NCBI RefSeq assembly: GCF_902652985.1 | Contig: NC_047016.1 | Location: forward strand, 31,310,001 to 31,374,000 | Source of the DNA: Pecten maximus | Lineage: Eukaryota | Direction: 5' to 3' | Length of the DNA: 64,000 nucleotides | Part shown: positions 51,601 to 64,000 of the stretch, in pieces | How positions within the stretch are numbered: position 1 is the stretch's first letter | Layout of the letters: every line of letters begins with the position of its first letter | Program-made: the position numbers and the translations under genes | Notes under the pieces: generated by a model | Database searches by the model: none | What the model was told of the DNA's origin: nothing | What the model saw: the letters and a program-made list of their open reading frames with translations, nothing else

Positions 51601-53455
51601 TGTTTGTTTATACTTATTTATTTTCATTTCCTACAAGATTTGTGGCAGATATAGAGTAGAGTACGTCTTTACTTATTATAATAAGGGCATTTGAGAAAGA
51701 TTTCCAAAACTACATTAAGAATTCTCATATCTACTCTTAAAAAATGTCTACATTTATAGATCAATTAAGTACGTAATGCAATTATTTACCTTTCTGTATC
51801 CAAGCTACACTTGTAGAAAGAAGGTGTCTTTTGTCGATTTACTAATGGTGGAGTTGCAGTTTTCAAACCGGTTCCAAGAAAGAAAAAGGAGAAGGAAAAA
51901 AACATAAAAAGCTACAGCAGGCGGTAAGGGATAGTTAAGAAAAAGGGTGAGTTTTTCGTTTGGTATACCAACCACAGTGTTCTTTTTTTCTGTCTTATTA
52001 CTATCCTAACCCCTTCATTTTGTAATAACAGGTTTAAATTCTGTTTCAGTCTGTTCAAGTTTCCTGATTCGATGAGGGTACATCCTCATCGTTTTTCACC
52101 ATTCATTGGGAATAGACGTAGAATTTTAGAATGAAGCACGTCTTGCGAGTCTTATAGTCCTTCATTTCCTAACTGTGAAAACGATACAATTACTCCGCCA
52201 TTGGAAATACCTGTTGCATTGTTTGTCAACCGAATCAGTGATTGGAGGGCTACCCAGGATATCGACCGAAATTGAAATGTAGACTAGGGACAGTTTCCTG
52301 ATAGTTTTGAAAATAACATGATGGAAGCAAATATATTAAAAAATAAAAGGGTGAGTATAAGCCTAATTAACTACTCACATTTACTCGTCATTAACTTTCC
52401 TTTGTGTTGCCTTATGATATCGGTATCATCTGATATAAGACATTTTCCTCTGCTCCTTCACTCATTAAGATACTATACTGACAGGATAAAGAAACGCCAA
52501 TGCTGTTTAAACACATTCATTGTTGACCAATTAAGAATAATATGATCCTATAGACAGATGTTTACTTGAACTGATCTACTCATATATATATATATATATG
52601 CTTAGTGTTTAGACTATAGAATGCAATTGCATTAAATGGAATGGGTCATTTTTACAAATGATTAAGCGATGATGATGTAACGAGTGTTATCCTGTATGGA
52701 AGTAACGTATTGTCAACTCCCAACCATTAAAATGTCAGCCCACCGTATGGGTTATATCTTGTTCAGCGTGACCTAATGGAAATGCCAACTGCCTAATATA
52801 TGTTTTTATTTTTAAATATTTGATGAGTTCCTAATAACCCGGCTGATTACTATAACCGCCCCGTCCGAATCTCGCTAATACCAGCCATTGTGATACATCA
52901 AAGCGCGCCATTCCACATAACAGGACACTCCATTGATTAGAAACCATCCGAAAGTCCCTTGGTGATCGATTAGAAACTATCCGAATGTCCCATGGCGATC
53001 TCTGTCATCGGCTGTATTAATGTACACGAAGGAATCAGGAGAGCCGTCGTGTTTGCTTTCCACACACAAATACTGCTGAAGTTACAACGAGAGTAAACTA
53101 TTTGGCATGTGTAATATGGTTTATAGACTCGTATGAATTATTGTTTTATAATCTGCGAACTTAATGATGAGACGATTACCGAATCCTTATATATTTACAA
53201 AAACAAATTCCATTAAGCAAGCTATTATTCTATAATGAATCCATTCATTTTTATTTTTCTATGGTTAAAAGTTCATTAGTATACTTAGATATTAAAATAA
53301 ACATATTTGTCTAAGGCATGAAGAAAAAATTCTCATCATTAAATGCTGGAATCGCCTCTAAATACCTACGTTTGGTAATATCCGTCATATTTTGTAAATT
53401 ATATATTTGTCTCATTAAAGGTCCTTCATCATCAGGTCTTAGCTGTTGCTAGGAT

Positions 53456-53664
53456 GGTTTATTTTTGTTTATGTTGTTTAACGTCCTATTGACAGCCAGT
53501 GCCATTTAAGGACATGCCAGGTTTTGGAGATGGAGGAAAGCCGGAGTACCCGGAGAAAAACACAGGCCTACGGTCAGTACCTTGCAACAGCCCAACGTGG
53601 GTTTCGAACTGGAGAGTTAGTGATAAAGTGTCGGGACACCTTAACCACTCGACCACCGTGGCCC
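53456..53664 (-). mobile_element. Near full-length tRNA-derived V-domain SINE
   Basis: Minus strand shows GGGCCACGGTGGTCGAGTGGTTAAGG (box A), GTTCGAAAC (box B), V-like core TTTTTCTCCGGGTACTCCGGCTTTCCTCCA, and tail GTCCTTAAATGGCACTGGCTGTCAATAGGACGTTAAACAAC with an A-rich end. Confidence 0.88.
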
Positions 53665-54306
53665 AATGTTGGGATGGTAGGCCCTAAAAAGAAATCAATC
53701 AGAAAGCAAATATCCGTGAAATCACCTCCTTTTTAGTTTTACTCAATGTTAAGTTCTGGTGCAGTAACAATGAAACAAAAACATCAAGTAGGTATGGTTT
53801 TCTGCCAATTTAATCAGTGTATAGTTGTAGTATTATATACTAGCACACATACTACTTCATGTTTGAACAGCAATCATCAAACGTTAGAAAAAGATCCATT
53901 TTTACCTAGATAGACTGGAGAAAACCGACATACGTATGATACCGCAATGCATCTTAGAACTGATAGAACGTGGTCAACAAATGGAAACCTTTCGAAACAG
54001 AACCAGGAGAATAAGATCAGGCGTTCCGGGTGGGTAAGCATCTTATATTACATTCAACTTTGTTTCACTCGATTTTGAGTTCAGGTCTTCATTTTCTAGG
54101 TCAATATGTCTGCCGTTTTTTTCAAACAAAATGACCATTCTAGAATATACAATTTCGGAGTTTGTCGTTCTAAGGGGTAATGGTCAGATAACATTTCCTC
54201 AGAAGTAATATAAATATTTCATTATTTATTGATTGTTCATATCGGAAACTATTCGATACCCATATTCCGTTCTAGGAGTTTATGAATATAGACACCCTGT
54301 TGGATA

Positions 54307-54870
54307 TATAGAGGTTACCATATGAGTGGTTGTTGTATATGGTATTTCTTTAACTCGAGATCGTTATTTTTCAAAAGTTACAGAAAACACGAACTTTGCG
54401 AGTGTTTTGTGTAACTTCGGAAAAATAACTAACGAGAGTGAAAGATATACAATATACAACAACCAGGAGTTGGTGTGTGACCTGTTTCTTCCACAACAGA
54501 AAAGCTATTCTAAAACCTGACCTGTTCTGTATCAACGTGTGGTCGTTTCACAATATCAGGTAGGGTGTAATATCTTTATAGCAATAATTTGATAGAGATC
54601 TAAATATTGTTTTAAAGATATGACAAGAGCAACTGCGAACTATTTCTTGTGCATTATCATTCACAAGATCCCGTGAAGCGGCCTCCAAATGTAAGCCAAT
54701 CAAAACGAATTCAACCACGTGATTAAAAAAAGTCCCGGTTAAAGGTTACCGTGTCAACCAGTTAAAACTCAGAGTCTTTTCAACGTGTGGTATAAACTGA
54801 ATGTTATTCAACAGTTCTAATGAATACTTCATGTCTTGGGAGTTAAATAACACACACTTATTGTGGTAGA
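54307..54870 (+). mobile_element. Non-autonomous DNA element with a ~140-bp internal hairpin; same family as 44095-44192
   Basis: Start TATAGAGGTTACCATATGAGTGGTTGTTGTATATGG matches the reverse complement of 44155-44192. Imperfect foldback at 54328-54464. The right boundary is approximate. Confidence 0.6.
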
Positions 54871-56307
54871 AAATCTTGTATCTCCGCTGATAATTTATGA
54901 TAGTCGTTAATTCATTTTCAGTTAAGTGAAATTTCCAGTAAATTCTATAATCAAATATGAAATATTAAGCCGGTTAAATCAAAATGCAACGCTGAAAGCA
55001 AGATATCATACGTTACATAATATCAATATTTGTTAAAATCATAAGATCCTATTATATTTTTTTCTAATATTATATGCTGTAATCAGGCATAATGTTGTTG
55101 TTTTTTTTATTTTCGAGATATGCTTATTTTCCAGCACTTTCACAGAAAGATAGATCGTCAGCGTTTGTATTGCCCTAGGGATTCATGTAAAGGGCAAAGT
55201 CATCCTCGACCACAGATAACATATCTTGCATAGCTTAATCTTTATTACAGCCATTTAATAAGGACTGTAAGGATTTTATTGACCTTCGAACACGTAACAT
55301 ATTTTTAATAAGTTAATAAATTAATGTTGATACTTTTCAGAACAACAAAACCAAGAACCGACCAAAAGACACAACATGAAGGACTCCAACAGTCGGTCAA
55401 TACGACTTTTCAATTGGAATCAAATGACTCTGTTTTAGCCAATCAGGACGTCTGTGACATGTAATTGTATATTTTAGCAACAAGGTTAGCAAATACAGTG
55501 ATATTTTACAAGCCTATAAGTCACTACTAGAGCAAATGACGGTTGGGAATAATATCACACAAATATGGCATATAGGGTTACATTTCAAACATCAGAAATA
55601 GTCTTATTAGACATTATTTAAACCCTGAACATGACAAGACTGTTTTTATAGGAAAACATTTTCAACCGCTCTGTTTGAGATAAAGGATGCATATTTCCAC
55701 ATTTTAACTATTTGTCTTGAAAACATCCTACTTATAACTACATTGATGTATGATCTGATATATTAATATTATCACTAGGACCATTTTTATTATTAGAAAT
55801 GCCTCCCTTTACGTCATATTTGTGTAATATAAGTATTCCTATCGTGCGTTATAGACACTTGTGATCATGACGGCATGGTTCATTTTCAGGTTTGATTATT
55901 TTTATGACTTACAAGTGGTCCTTGCTGCATCTTACCACAAAGTAACAAAGTAACAATCAGCATAGACAGCTGATTATTGATTATTTAGGGAAAACTACTT
56001 GTCCAGACAAACATTTTGGTATTTTACACGACTAGTTTTGAGCAAAGTTGTGGTTATTGTTCGTTTTTAAAATCCAACATTTTCTTCCTATATAGATGAC
56101 CCTTAGTAACTGTTATGATTTGTAATTACTGTTCTGGTAACATTTATCTGTTATTACCCGTTATAAGATCTATTATCATTGACGGTTTTGTTATAGCATT
56201 GTCTTTAGTTCTTAATTATCATTGGTTAAATATAACAATTTCTACATAACCATGTTTCTCGGAATTTGCTGTTTGCTTTCCTTTATTAGATAGTATGTTC
56301 TATCAGT

Positions 56308-56528
56308 GAATGACCTTGACCTATATTCTGTTAACTTTCTATAAATGAATGACGTTGACTTATATTCTGTTAACTTTCTATAAATGTATGACCTTGACCT
56401 ATATTCTGTTAACTTTCTATAACTGAACGACCTTGACCTATATTCTGTTAAATTTCTATAACTGGATAACCTTGACCTATATCATGTTAGCTTTCTATAA
56501 CTAGATAACCTTGACCTTATTTCTGTTA
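56308..56528. repeat. Minisatellite, 39-bp unit TGACCTTGACCTATATTCTGTTAACTTTCTATAAATGAA, ~6 copies
   Basis: Units start at 56311, 56350, 56389 and onward. Confidence 0.92.
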
Positions 56529-59500
56529 TCCTCATGTCATAAAGTTATCGTGTTATAATAAGTTGCAAGAGCTGTTGCGTTTCTTTATAACATGTTATCC
56601 CTAACTAGTTATTACGGCTACCCGCCATACCCTGCGTTCTGTATGCGTTCAAGTTAACCCTGATGAGGTACTACGTTATTGCGTGTAGTGTTACACCTTT
56701 TTACATGATATTGGATCCGATACCACATGTGGAGATTTACTCTATACCATAGTATGACTAAGCTGACCCAGTTAATTATGTTGACCTTGTTTCTGTATTA
56801 TCCATTTCCTATAGGCTATTTCATCTCCTAGGTACATCTGTTTCACCAGTTTCTGGTTCATGTTTGTGTCGCTTGGTCGTGACAGATGGACATACATTGT
56901 TATCGACGACCTTGGTCCCCGTGGGCGCCCCTCATCTGCAAAATGATGGTAGCTGTGGATCCCTGATGGGTATTACACGGGTATAATGGTTTGGTGTTTT
57001 ACAAGGGATGCAATAATTGGAGCTCTATGTTTGTTTACTTGTTGATTAACCTGTCCAATACACAGGGAAGGGAGACAGATGCATTATGTAGGCTAAGTAG
57101 CTATAATATCAACGTCCACGCGGATTTGTTGATTAGATTTGTTGACTGTTTGCTCATATCATTACGTGTATACTGTTTACACGTATTTATGTGTGAAAGA
57201 ACAGGTGAAACACATCCCTGTCGAGCAGCCCTACAGAAATCGAACCAAGGCATCCGGCGTAAACATCCACGGGTCTACCAACGAAAACAAAGAAGAAATA
57301 CCCCGTCGGTATAATGACCCAAGATACCTATGTACAAGTCACACTTACCCACTTCTTCAGACATACAAATGCACTTTAAAAGATTAACATATCATCAGTT
57401 TATTTGAAATTCCATGTAAATCATAACTTTGTGATATCAACATGGTGTAAACTTACTCAGGAGTGTACTTATATCTTATCTCATTAAAAGTATGTACGAT
57501 GTCAGTCTTTCTTGTTTTAAAATTCCAACCGATTAGATAAACAGATCTGTACATTTGTGAGTTGTTATCGTTAAAGTAACACCTCCACAATCAAACAAAT
57601 AAATGAGTATTTGATAACTTCCTTAGCTTTACAACATCAATGCCACACCTACCAAATTCCTTAGTCGCTGGTTGGTGACATTAGGAAGTCAGTAGGGATC
57701 AATGATCTGTCCATAAATAAGTTGTGACGTAAGTCGAAGTTAAGACCCGAGGTGAATGGTTTGGGCGGAGACTTTTATTCTGCTTGGGGACGTGTCACGT
57801 TGAAACTAATGTTAAACTAAACAAAATAAATAGATAGTTTATCGAAATATAAACTGGCTTAACAATGAATGAATAAATAAATAAATAAATCATTAAACGT
57901 GTTATGAAACTATTTTAGTTGTGAACGATTGATATCCATTATTCAGAATTTAATATTAAAATCAAGAAATTCCTATTTAAATGGTTTATCATCATTTAAA
58001 ATCATTATGGTTATATTTGTATCGAGCTATTGATAACTTGTATATCCAATCTCCAAAATCTATTAATGTACAATTTAATGTACAAGACACACAATATATC
58101 AGCGCCTTTCAATATAATTAAGAGTTACATACAGAAGTAGTAAAACAGATTAGAATAAGTACTACATTGTATGGAAGGGCAGTTATAACAGGGACTAACT
58201 CAATTAGCCATCACAACTAAACCAAAAAACTGTCGCATACAACTTAACATTTTATGGGATTTTTCTTCTATTCGATAAAGTTCTCATACTTTTGCATTCA
58301 CTTAAGCGTCAAGCGTCATATCCATGCAGATATTAAATTTTAATTGTGTAATATTTTGAACATAAGTCTGTTACCGAAGATATTAAGTCATCTCATCATA
58401 AGTTATTTTGCTTTAAATATAGGCATAACGAAATCGTAAACTAAATTTATGGGTATAATAACGTAAGTGATAGGAATGTAGAGGATAAGTGACATTTCCA
58501 TGTCGATATTACCCGAAACTAACTTTCTTTCGCGTGCAATTTACTTTCGAGAATTTCGTAATCGACAGGAAATCGTAAAAATTAGTTACCGTGCAAATTA
58601 AGACAGAGTAAGAAAACAGTCGTTTGGATAGTTTCTTTGTTGATTCATATTACATGACTCATTATGGGCAGGTTATCCTGATGCCGATTATCTTACTGTG
58701 TTGGACCTTGCTGATTCGCGAATGTTACTCGAACATGAGATATACGATTACCACGAAGAAGTGAAATATTAGAATAATTCTCAGTATGTTATGTGGGGAG
58801 GGAGGGGGTAGGGGGTGCAACAGAGAACATCGACATAAGATCTAAACAAAAATATAGATTTACATGATGCGTGGAGACCTTTGAAATGGGTGTTCCGGGG
58901 GGGGGGGGGGGGGGGGGGTAAGCGGAATGCAAATCTAGTTCGAATCCGGGTTACGCCACAACAACCACTAGGCCAATCTAAAAGCACCAAACATGACTGA
59001 CTTCAATTCGCACAAGGAAATAAAATATTTCCAAATGAGACCAGGGTTCGTTTAAATTATTCCCTTTTTACAGGTTCTAAATATGATCAATGCATAGAAT
59101 GACGCTACAGACAAACAGAATGTATGCATGCGTGTAATTAGGTAAATTGAGACCCGATACGACTCATTTCTATGGGGATCTACAGCCAAAGGCCATATAC
59201 AAATGTAATGTTGTCTGTTTTAAAACATGGCTGTGAGCATGTAGGAATGTCACAGTGGGTGTATGGGATCAAAGAATGAGCATTATGATAATTCATTAGA
59301 GATTATCTAATATACGACTTGATTGTGTATCAGAGAATTACATGGATATCTCATTCCGTGGGAGTGGCTGATATCTCTGTTTTAATTCTTATCATATACT
59401 TGATTTGGCGTACACAAAAAACTCATAACCGAATTAAAACAGGTTATCACGATACTGAATCTGCACACCTGGCCTATAGAACACTATATAGACACACAAA

Positions 59501-60859
59501 AAGAATAAGATCGCTAAAATATTATTACCGCTTATATATGTAGATTTACAGTATATGATAGGCTCTATTTGCGAATGACGACCATTCATACAATCTCACA
59601 CAAAACAGTTTACTTACAGTGTACTGTATAATTGGCTTTTTCAATGAATTATATTTTTGCGGTTTTATCAAAGTTAATAAATAAACTATTTACTTATTCA
59701 TTTTATAAAGAAAAAAATTAACAAAATTTCGTTCTCAAAAATGTATGTGTTTATATGATAAAATTATATTGAAAGTGAATAAAAATGTACTGTATATTTC
59801 TTATGTAAATTGTATTAAAAATATGTATCTATTTTTATGAGAAAATTAGTCTTTAACTTGACATTTATATGTTTTTTTTCGTGATAGATATATACTTTTT
59901 ACTTAAACATACAATAGATATGTCTATACACAACACGTTCAGGTAATAATGTCATCATTTACTAATTATACAACTGATCAACATTCAGGCACTGAACACA
60001 TTTGAACTATTTCCTTGAACGTATTTATTTATTGATGTACAACATATCAAATCTGTTCGAGCAATCTAATGAAAATCTCTCATTACTCTACGTTATAACG
60101 TAATCCAATTAAGCCCGAGCTATCATTACATAATGTAGTGTAATGGAAAATCGGATTTTAAACAGGTTACTGTTCAAAGATCATTATAATAATAGTTCTT
60201 TTTAATATTGATACATTTTTTTTTATTTTCGAAGACAATAGAGATCATTTTATTATCGACGCCGTTATTGTGATGTTTTCGTGTCAATTTTCTATGTCTA
60301 AGGTCACATACTCTAGGTATAGTGGGGTGTAAACTGACATTGCTATTCATCGTTATACATAACCAGCCCACAGTCGCACGTAGGATTATAATTTTTACAA
60401 TATGGAATGACAAAGAGAATGTAATCAAGTATATTGTAATGTACTGCTATTCACTAGACGAGAATGTCTATTTTTCAAATATATGAACATATTTTTCTCC
60501 ACGTATTGTTCGTAAGCAGAACGCATGCGCATCCCATGAGAACCATTACCACAACCATCAAATTATAGGGCGTGGCTTATTATCCCTCGTCAAAATTCAT
60601 CATAGCTGCCGGTCGTCCTGTGCCGGAAATTAGATGTCTTTTGCTTGATCATGAATTATTCCATAGATGATAAACTTCTATAATCCTTCATGTCTGTAAT
60701 ATAAAGATTCATTCCGGAAATATATTAAATTAACCTTGTTTCTTTTAAATTTCTCTCATTGTTAAGATTAATTATTTACCACGGATCTGGTCAAATGAAT
60801 CTTAAGAGGCGGTTTATTGCAAGCAGAAGGGGATTACTACGCTGGTGTCATGACCGAAG

Positions 60860-60990
60860 CGGCTGGTCTCCGTCATTAAATTGCTAGCCGGAACCCCCAT
60901 CAAAAGGATGGGCGATATCTGCCTATCCGCGGCTTGATGATCATCATATATATATACCTATAGTTGTAGACGATTGCTTCATATTACTGC
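60860..60990 (+). promoter_or_regulatory. Candidate core promoter of the neuropeptide gene (half-CRE, TATA, Inr)
   Basis: CGTCA at 60871, TATATATA run at ~60947-60957 and Inr-matching TCATATT at 60979-60985, at canonical TATA-Inr spacing ~450 nt upstream of the ATG. Confidence 0.5.
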
Positions 60991-61436
60991 GCAGGACCAT
61001 TGGCGAGAGACGGTCTTCACATCTGAATTTTGAGCGACTACGCATTGTCACTGAAGCGGACCTATTCGTTAGTACCTCGTGTGTGTTCCCTTTACGTTAT
61101 AGTGCGTAGATACAGTGGAATTTAACCCGTGTCGCTTTCATGTTTTGATAACAAACTTGTACGCAGATAATATTTAAGTCTAATTTAAGAGTTTAATTTC
61201 GGTCGATAACTTATACACGGAGGTGTATTATCCTTTGAAGGACAGGGATTTGACAATATACCTCTGTTCAGGTCCATCAAAAACAACTGATCTGGATTGG
61301 AAATTTTAAAGTATATCTGACAGGTGTAACTAAATATCATTGTTTGCCCAGGGTTTGGCAAACAAATCTTACGTTTAAAGTAGTTGTAGCAGTACAAGTT
61401 CCGGATTATATACCTGGATAAAACTCTTACAACAAA

Positions 61437-61850
61437 ATGGCTTACGAGTACAGACATGGTGAACAGATAGTTTTTCTCGTGTTAGTATTCACGTGTTTTG
61501 CGGCGGCAGGTAATGGAAAATTTCTGGAAAGATTTTGTAAAATTAGCTGCAATCGTGGAAGAGGGGGGAATTTGTGCGGATGCAATGGCTTCCACTTTGC
61601 TGGAAAGAGAACATCATATTCAGACATTTCAGAAAATCCATCATCAAATTCCCAGAAGAATTATTTAAATAATGACTTTAGCGATATTGAAAACAATGAT
61701 GCTTTTGATGCGGAAAACCTCGAAGACATGCTGTACAAACAGAAACAGATTTTACAAGAATCAGACCAACTTCCGGTGGAACCTAAACGTCTGGAGAATG
61801 TTCGAGTTTTCATTCGCTGGCTTCTTCATAATTTAAACGAAGCGAGGTAA
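61437..61850 (+). CDS. Neuropeptide precursor, HFAamide-like (4-Cys amidated peptide)
   Basis: Strong start context AAAATGG and a hydrophobic signal peptide (IVFLVLVFTCFAAAGNG). This is followed by KFLERFCKISCNRGRGGNLCGCNGFHFA-G-KR (amidation plus dibasic site), an acidic spacer and a second KR. The family name is recalled from lophotrochozoan neuropeptide surveys. Confidence 0.88.
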   Translation: MAYEYRHGEQIVFLVLVFTCFAAAGNGKFLERFCKISCNRGRGGNLCGCNGFHFAGKRTSYSDISENPSSNSQKNYLNNDFSDIENNDAFDAENLEDMLYKQKQILQESDQLPVEPKRLENVRVFIRWLLHNLNEAR

Positions 61851-64000
61851 GAACATCTTTAAATAAGTATATATACAAATAATATCGATTGTCAATTGAA
61901 AGTAACTTTGTGCTATCAATTTAACATGTTCACTTAAAATGAACTCCGTCTTTTTAGCATGGTCCATTAATGACAAGTAGACATTTTATTTCCAACGTGA
62001 ATTTAAACGATATTAATGTGAAAAGAAGTCAGTATTGCTATTTCTTTCACGCTTGAGAAATGTGAACGATGAATCTTGTGATGATTTTCATTTCAAACGC
62101 GTGTTAATTTAAGTAGAGCTACCTAACTGGTAATACTATTTCAATATACACTTCGATCAGGATTTGTTTTTACAATTACCATTTTTTCTGTAATATGAAC
62201 ATAAATCAAATTTGATGTGTGTATGCAGTTAAGTTAATGAGAGTATTGATAGTGTCTCTGTATAGTAGTTATCTATTGATACAAATCCATATGTTTACTA
62301 ACTAGTAGAGTGCTAACCGACAATACCGCCGAGACATGTATGTGAATGATTGACATGTCCCATGCAATGGGGACATAACATAATAACAACGATATCCCTA
62401 TGTTTGAGTAGAAACCACGTTAGCAAGAGTAACACTATCTACTGTATTAGAACGTGGTAATTTCATTTCGAAAATGTAATGAATAAGTTTTGAATCTGTT
62501 TTTCAAATTATATCAAAACATGCGAGAAAAAGTGTATAAATCAATTGTGTGGCATTTATTTATATACCAGTAGGGTTCGTGAAAATCAAGTTAATTTTCC
62601 TTTATCGTCACATGATTATGCATTTACTTTTCATTTCATACTAGTCATCACTAGTCCAATTAATAATGTAGGGTATAATGTAATGAAATTAATTAATTGT
62701 CTAAGTATCATACAAAAGACATATAAGATATAAACATATACAGTGTTATAAGTCTTCATTACGCAGCGTTAGATACAGTAGAGTCAAATCTTCGTCCTTC
62801 TAGGTCTCATCTGTAATACTAGGGTTTAAAGGAGTCTAAACCCGATTACGTTACTCTTGGTTTATATTGATTATCTGGTAATTAAGTACGGTATTAATTA
62901 ACTTATCTGTATTTAATGTCACGTTTTTGAAGCAAGAAAACTCCGTTGGAATTGCTGGATGGTATTCTATCTTACTTGACTTTTTTCCCCAGCATTTGCC
63001 GTTACCGTGCATTCTGAGTTTAATTCTGTTTGAATTGTCCGATTTCAAATTTTCATGCTAATTCACTTCACTTTGTATCTTATAACATATCCTTAACCCA
63101 TTTCTCATTTCCCTTTTGATAAGTTTGATACCTGGTATCAGTGATATAAAGAAAAAAATAGCTGTATGATGCAGTTTCATGTTACGGCATAACACTATTC
63201 ATTACTATTTAAAGGTGCTAGTATTCCGTATGTTATTTGTACAATTCTTTTAGACTTCCTCCAGACTGTAGTGTTGAACATTCAAGTATACCTATATATG
63301 AGTTGTTGATATATGTAGTTCTCACCTGTATCTATCCCATGACAATATCCCAGTAATTATATTATATACAGTATATGTACCTGATCGGACACTCAGAAGT
63401 GATCCTCACCCATCCATTCTGAAGAGTGCTGGTTCCATAGAAGTGCAACACCGCCAGCGCACTGTTGGAATAGAGATTTAATCAGTCGAAAACACTAGCT
63501 AATTCCAATATATGTTTTTTATTGTCATTGTTAATGTCGCATATTTATATAAATATAAAATCAAAGTCAACTTTTAAGCTGGTGTATTACCAATCATATA
63601 CGAAAACTTACCTTTATGTCTAGGTATTACAATGTACCTGGTTAGTCAAACAGTTAACTAAATGGCATGTCTATATAGAGAACAATTACCTATATCATAT
63701 CATGACTGAGACATTCTATATTAGGACTTACCTGGCTGGTTATAAAGGGACCTACGGTTGTCGCTAAGGAAACTTTGGTTTGTAATGCAATCGTCTACAG
63801 TTCATCCTTCTGCTTTGATAGATTCCACCGTATCAGTTGCCGTATTCGGTTTATATATAGTATGATAGAGCGAGAGAAACTGACATCAAAAAGAACACAG
63901 GAATGAACGTAAAACGGGATATAGACATACGTATATTTGACGTATGTAGTGTACTACTGAAAAGCTTAATAAAATACCTATAAAATCAGCATACAGTTCC

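Noticed and set aside
49640-54045. Penelope-like terminal remnants at ~49640-49715 and ~54005-54045, and a mariner-type MITE end at ~50830-50897
   Set aside because: The resemblance rests only on recall of short degenerate motifs, too weak to list without a library search.
56655-56690. Hammerhead ribozyme at CTGATGAG
   Set aside because: No stem II followed by GAAA and no matching stems I/III are visible.

Overview
Repeat-rich, AT-rich eukaryotic DNA, most likely a mollusc and probably a bivalve (inferred from the SINE types and a lophotrochozoan-type neuropeptide). Only two convincing protein-coding regions are present. The first is a 1209-aa low-complexity, probably disordered ORF (19760-23389, +) in one ~3.7-kb exon, with an internal myristoylation-like/polybasic start. 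The second is a 137-aa secreted neuropeptide precursor (61437-61850, +) giving a 4-Cys peptide ending in HFA-amide. The rest comprises about ten mini/microsatellite arrays, tRNA-derived SINEs of two core types sharing one 3' tail, several TIR/hairpin non-autonomous DNA elements, poly-G tracts, a 129-nt gap and a low-quality zone (~33.9-41.9 kb) holding a noisy ghost copy of upstream sequence. The most intriguing non-coding signal is a compact pseudoknot plus hairpin module (38644-38716, -) at the apparent 5' end of a composite SINE. Nearly all other ORFs in the track are translations of repeats. Family names come from recall of the literature, not from database searches.
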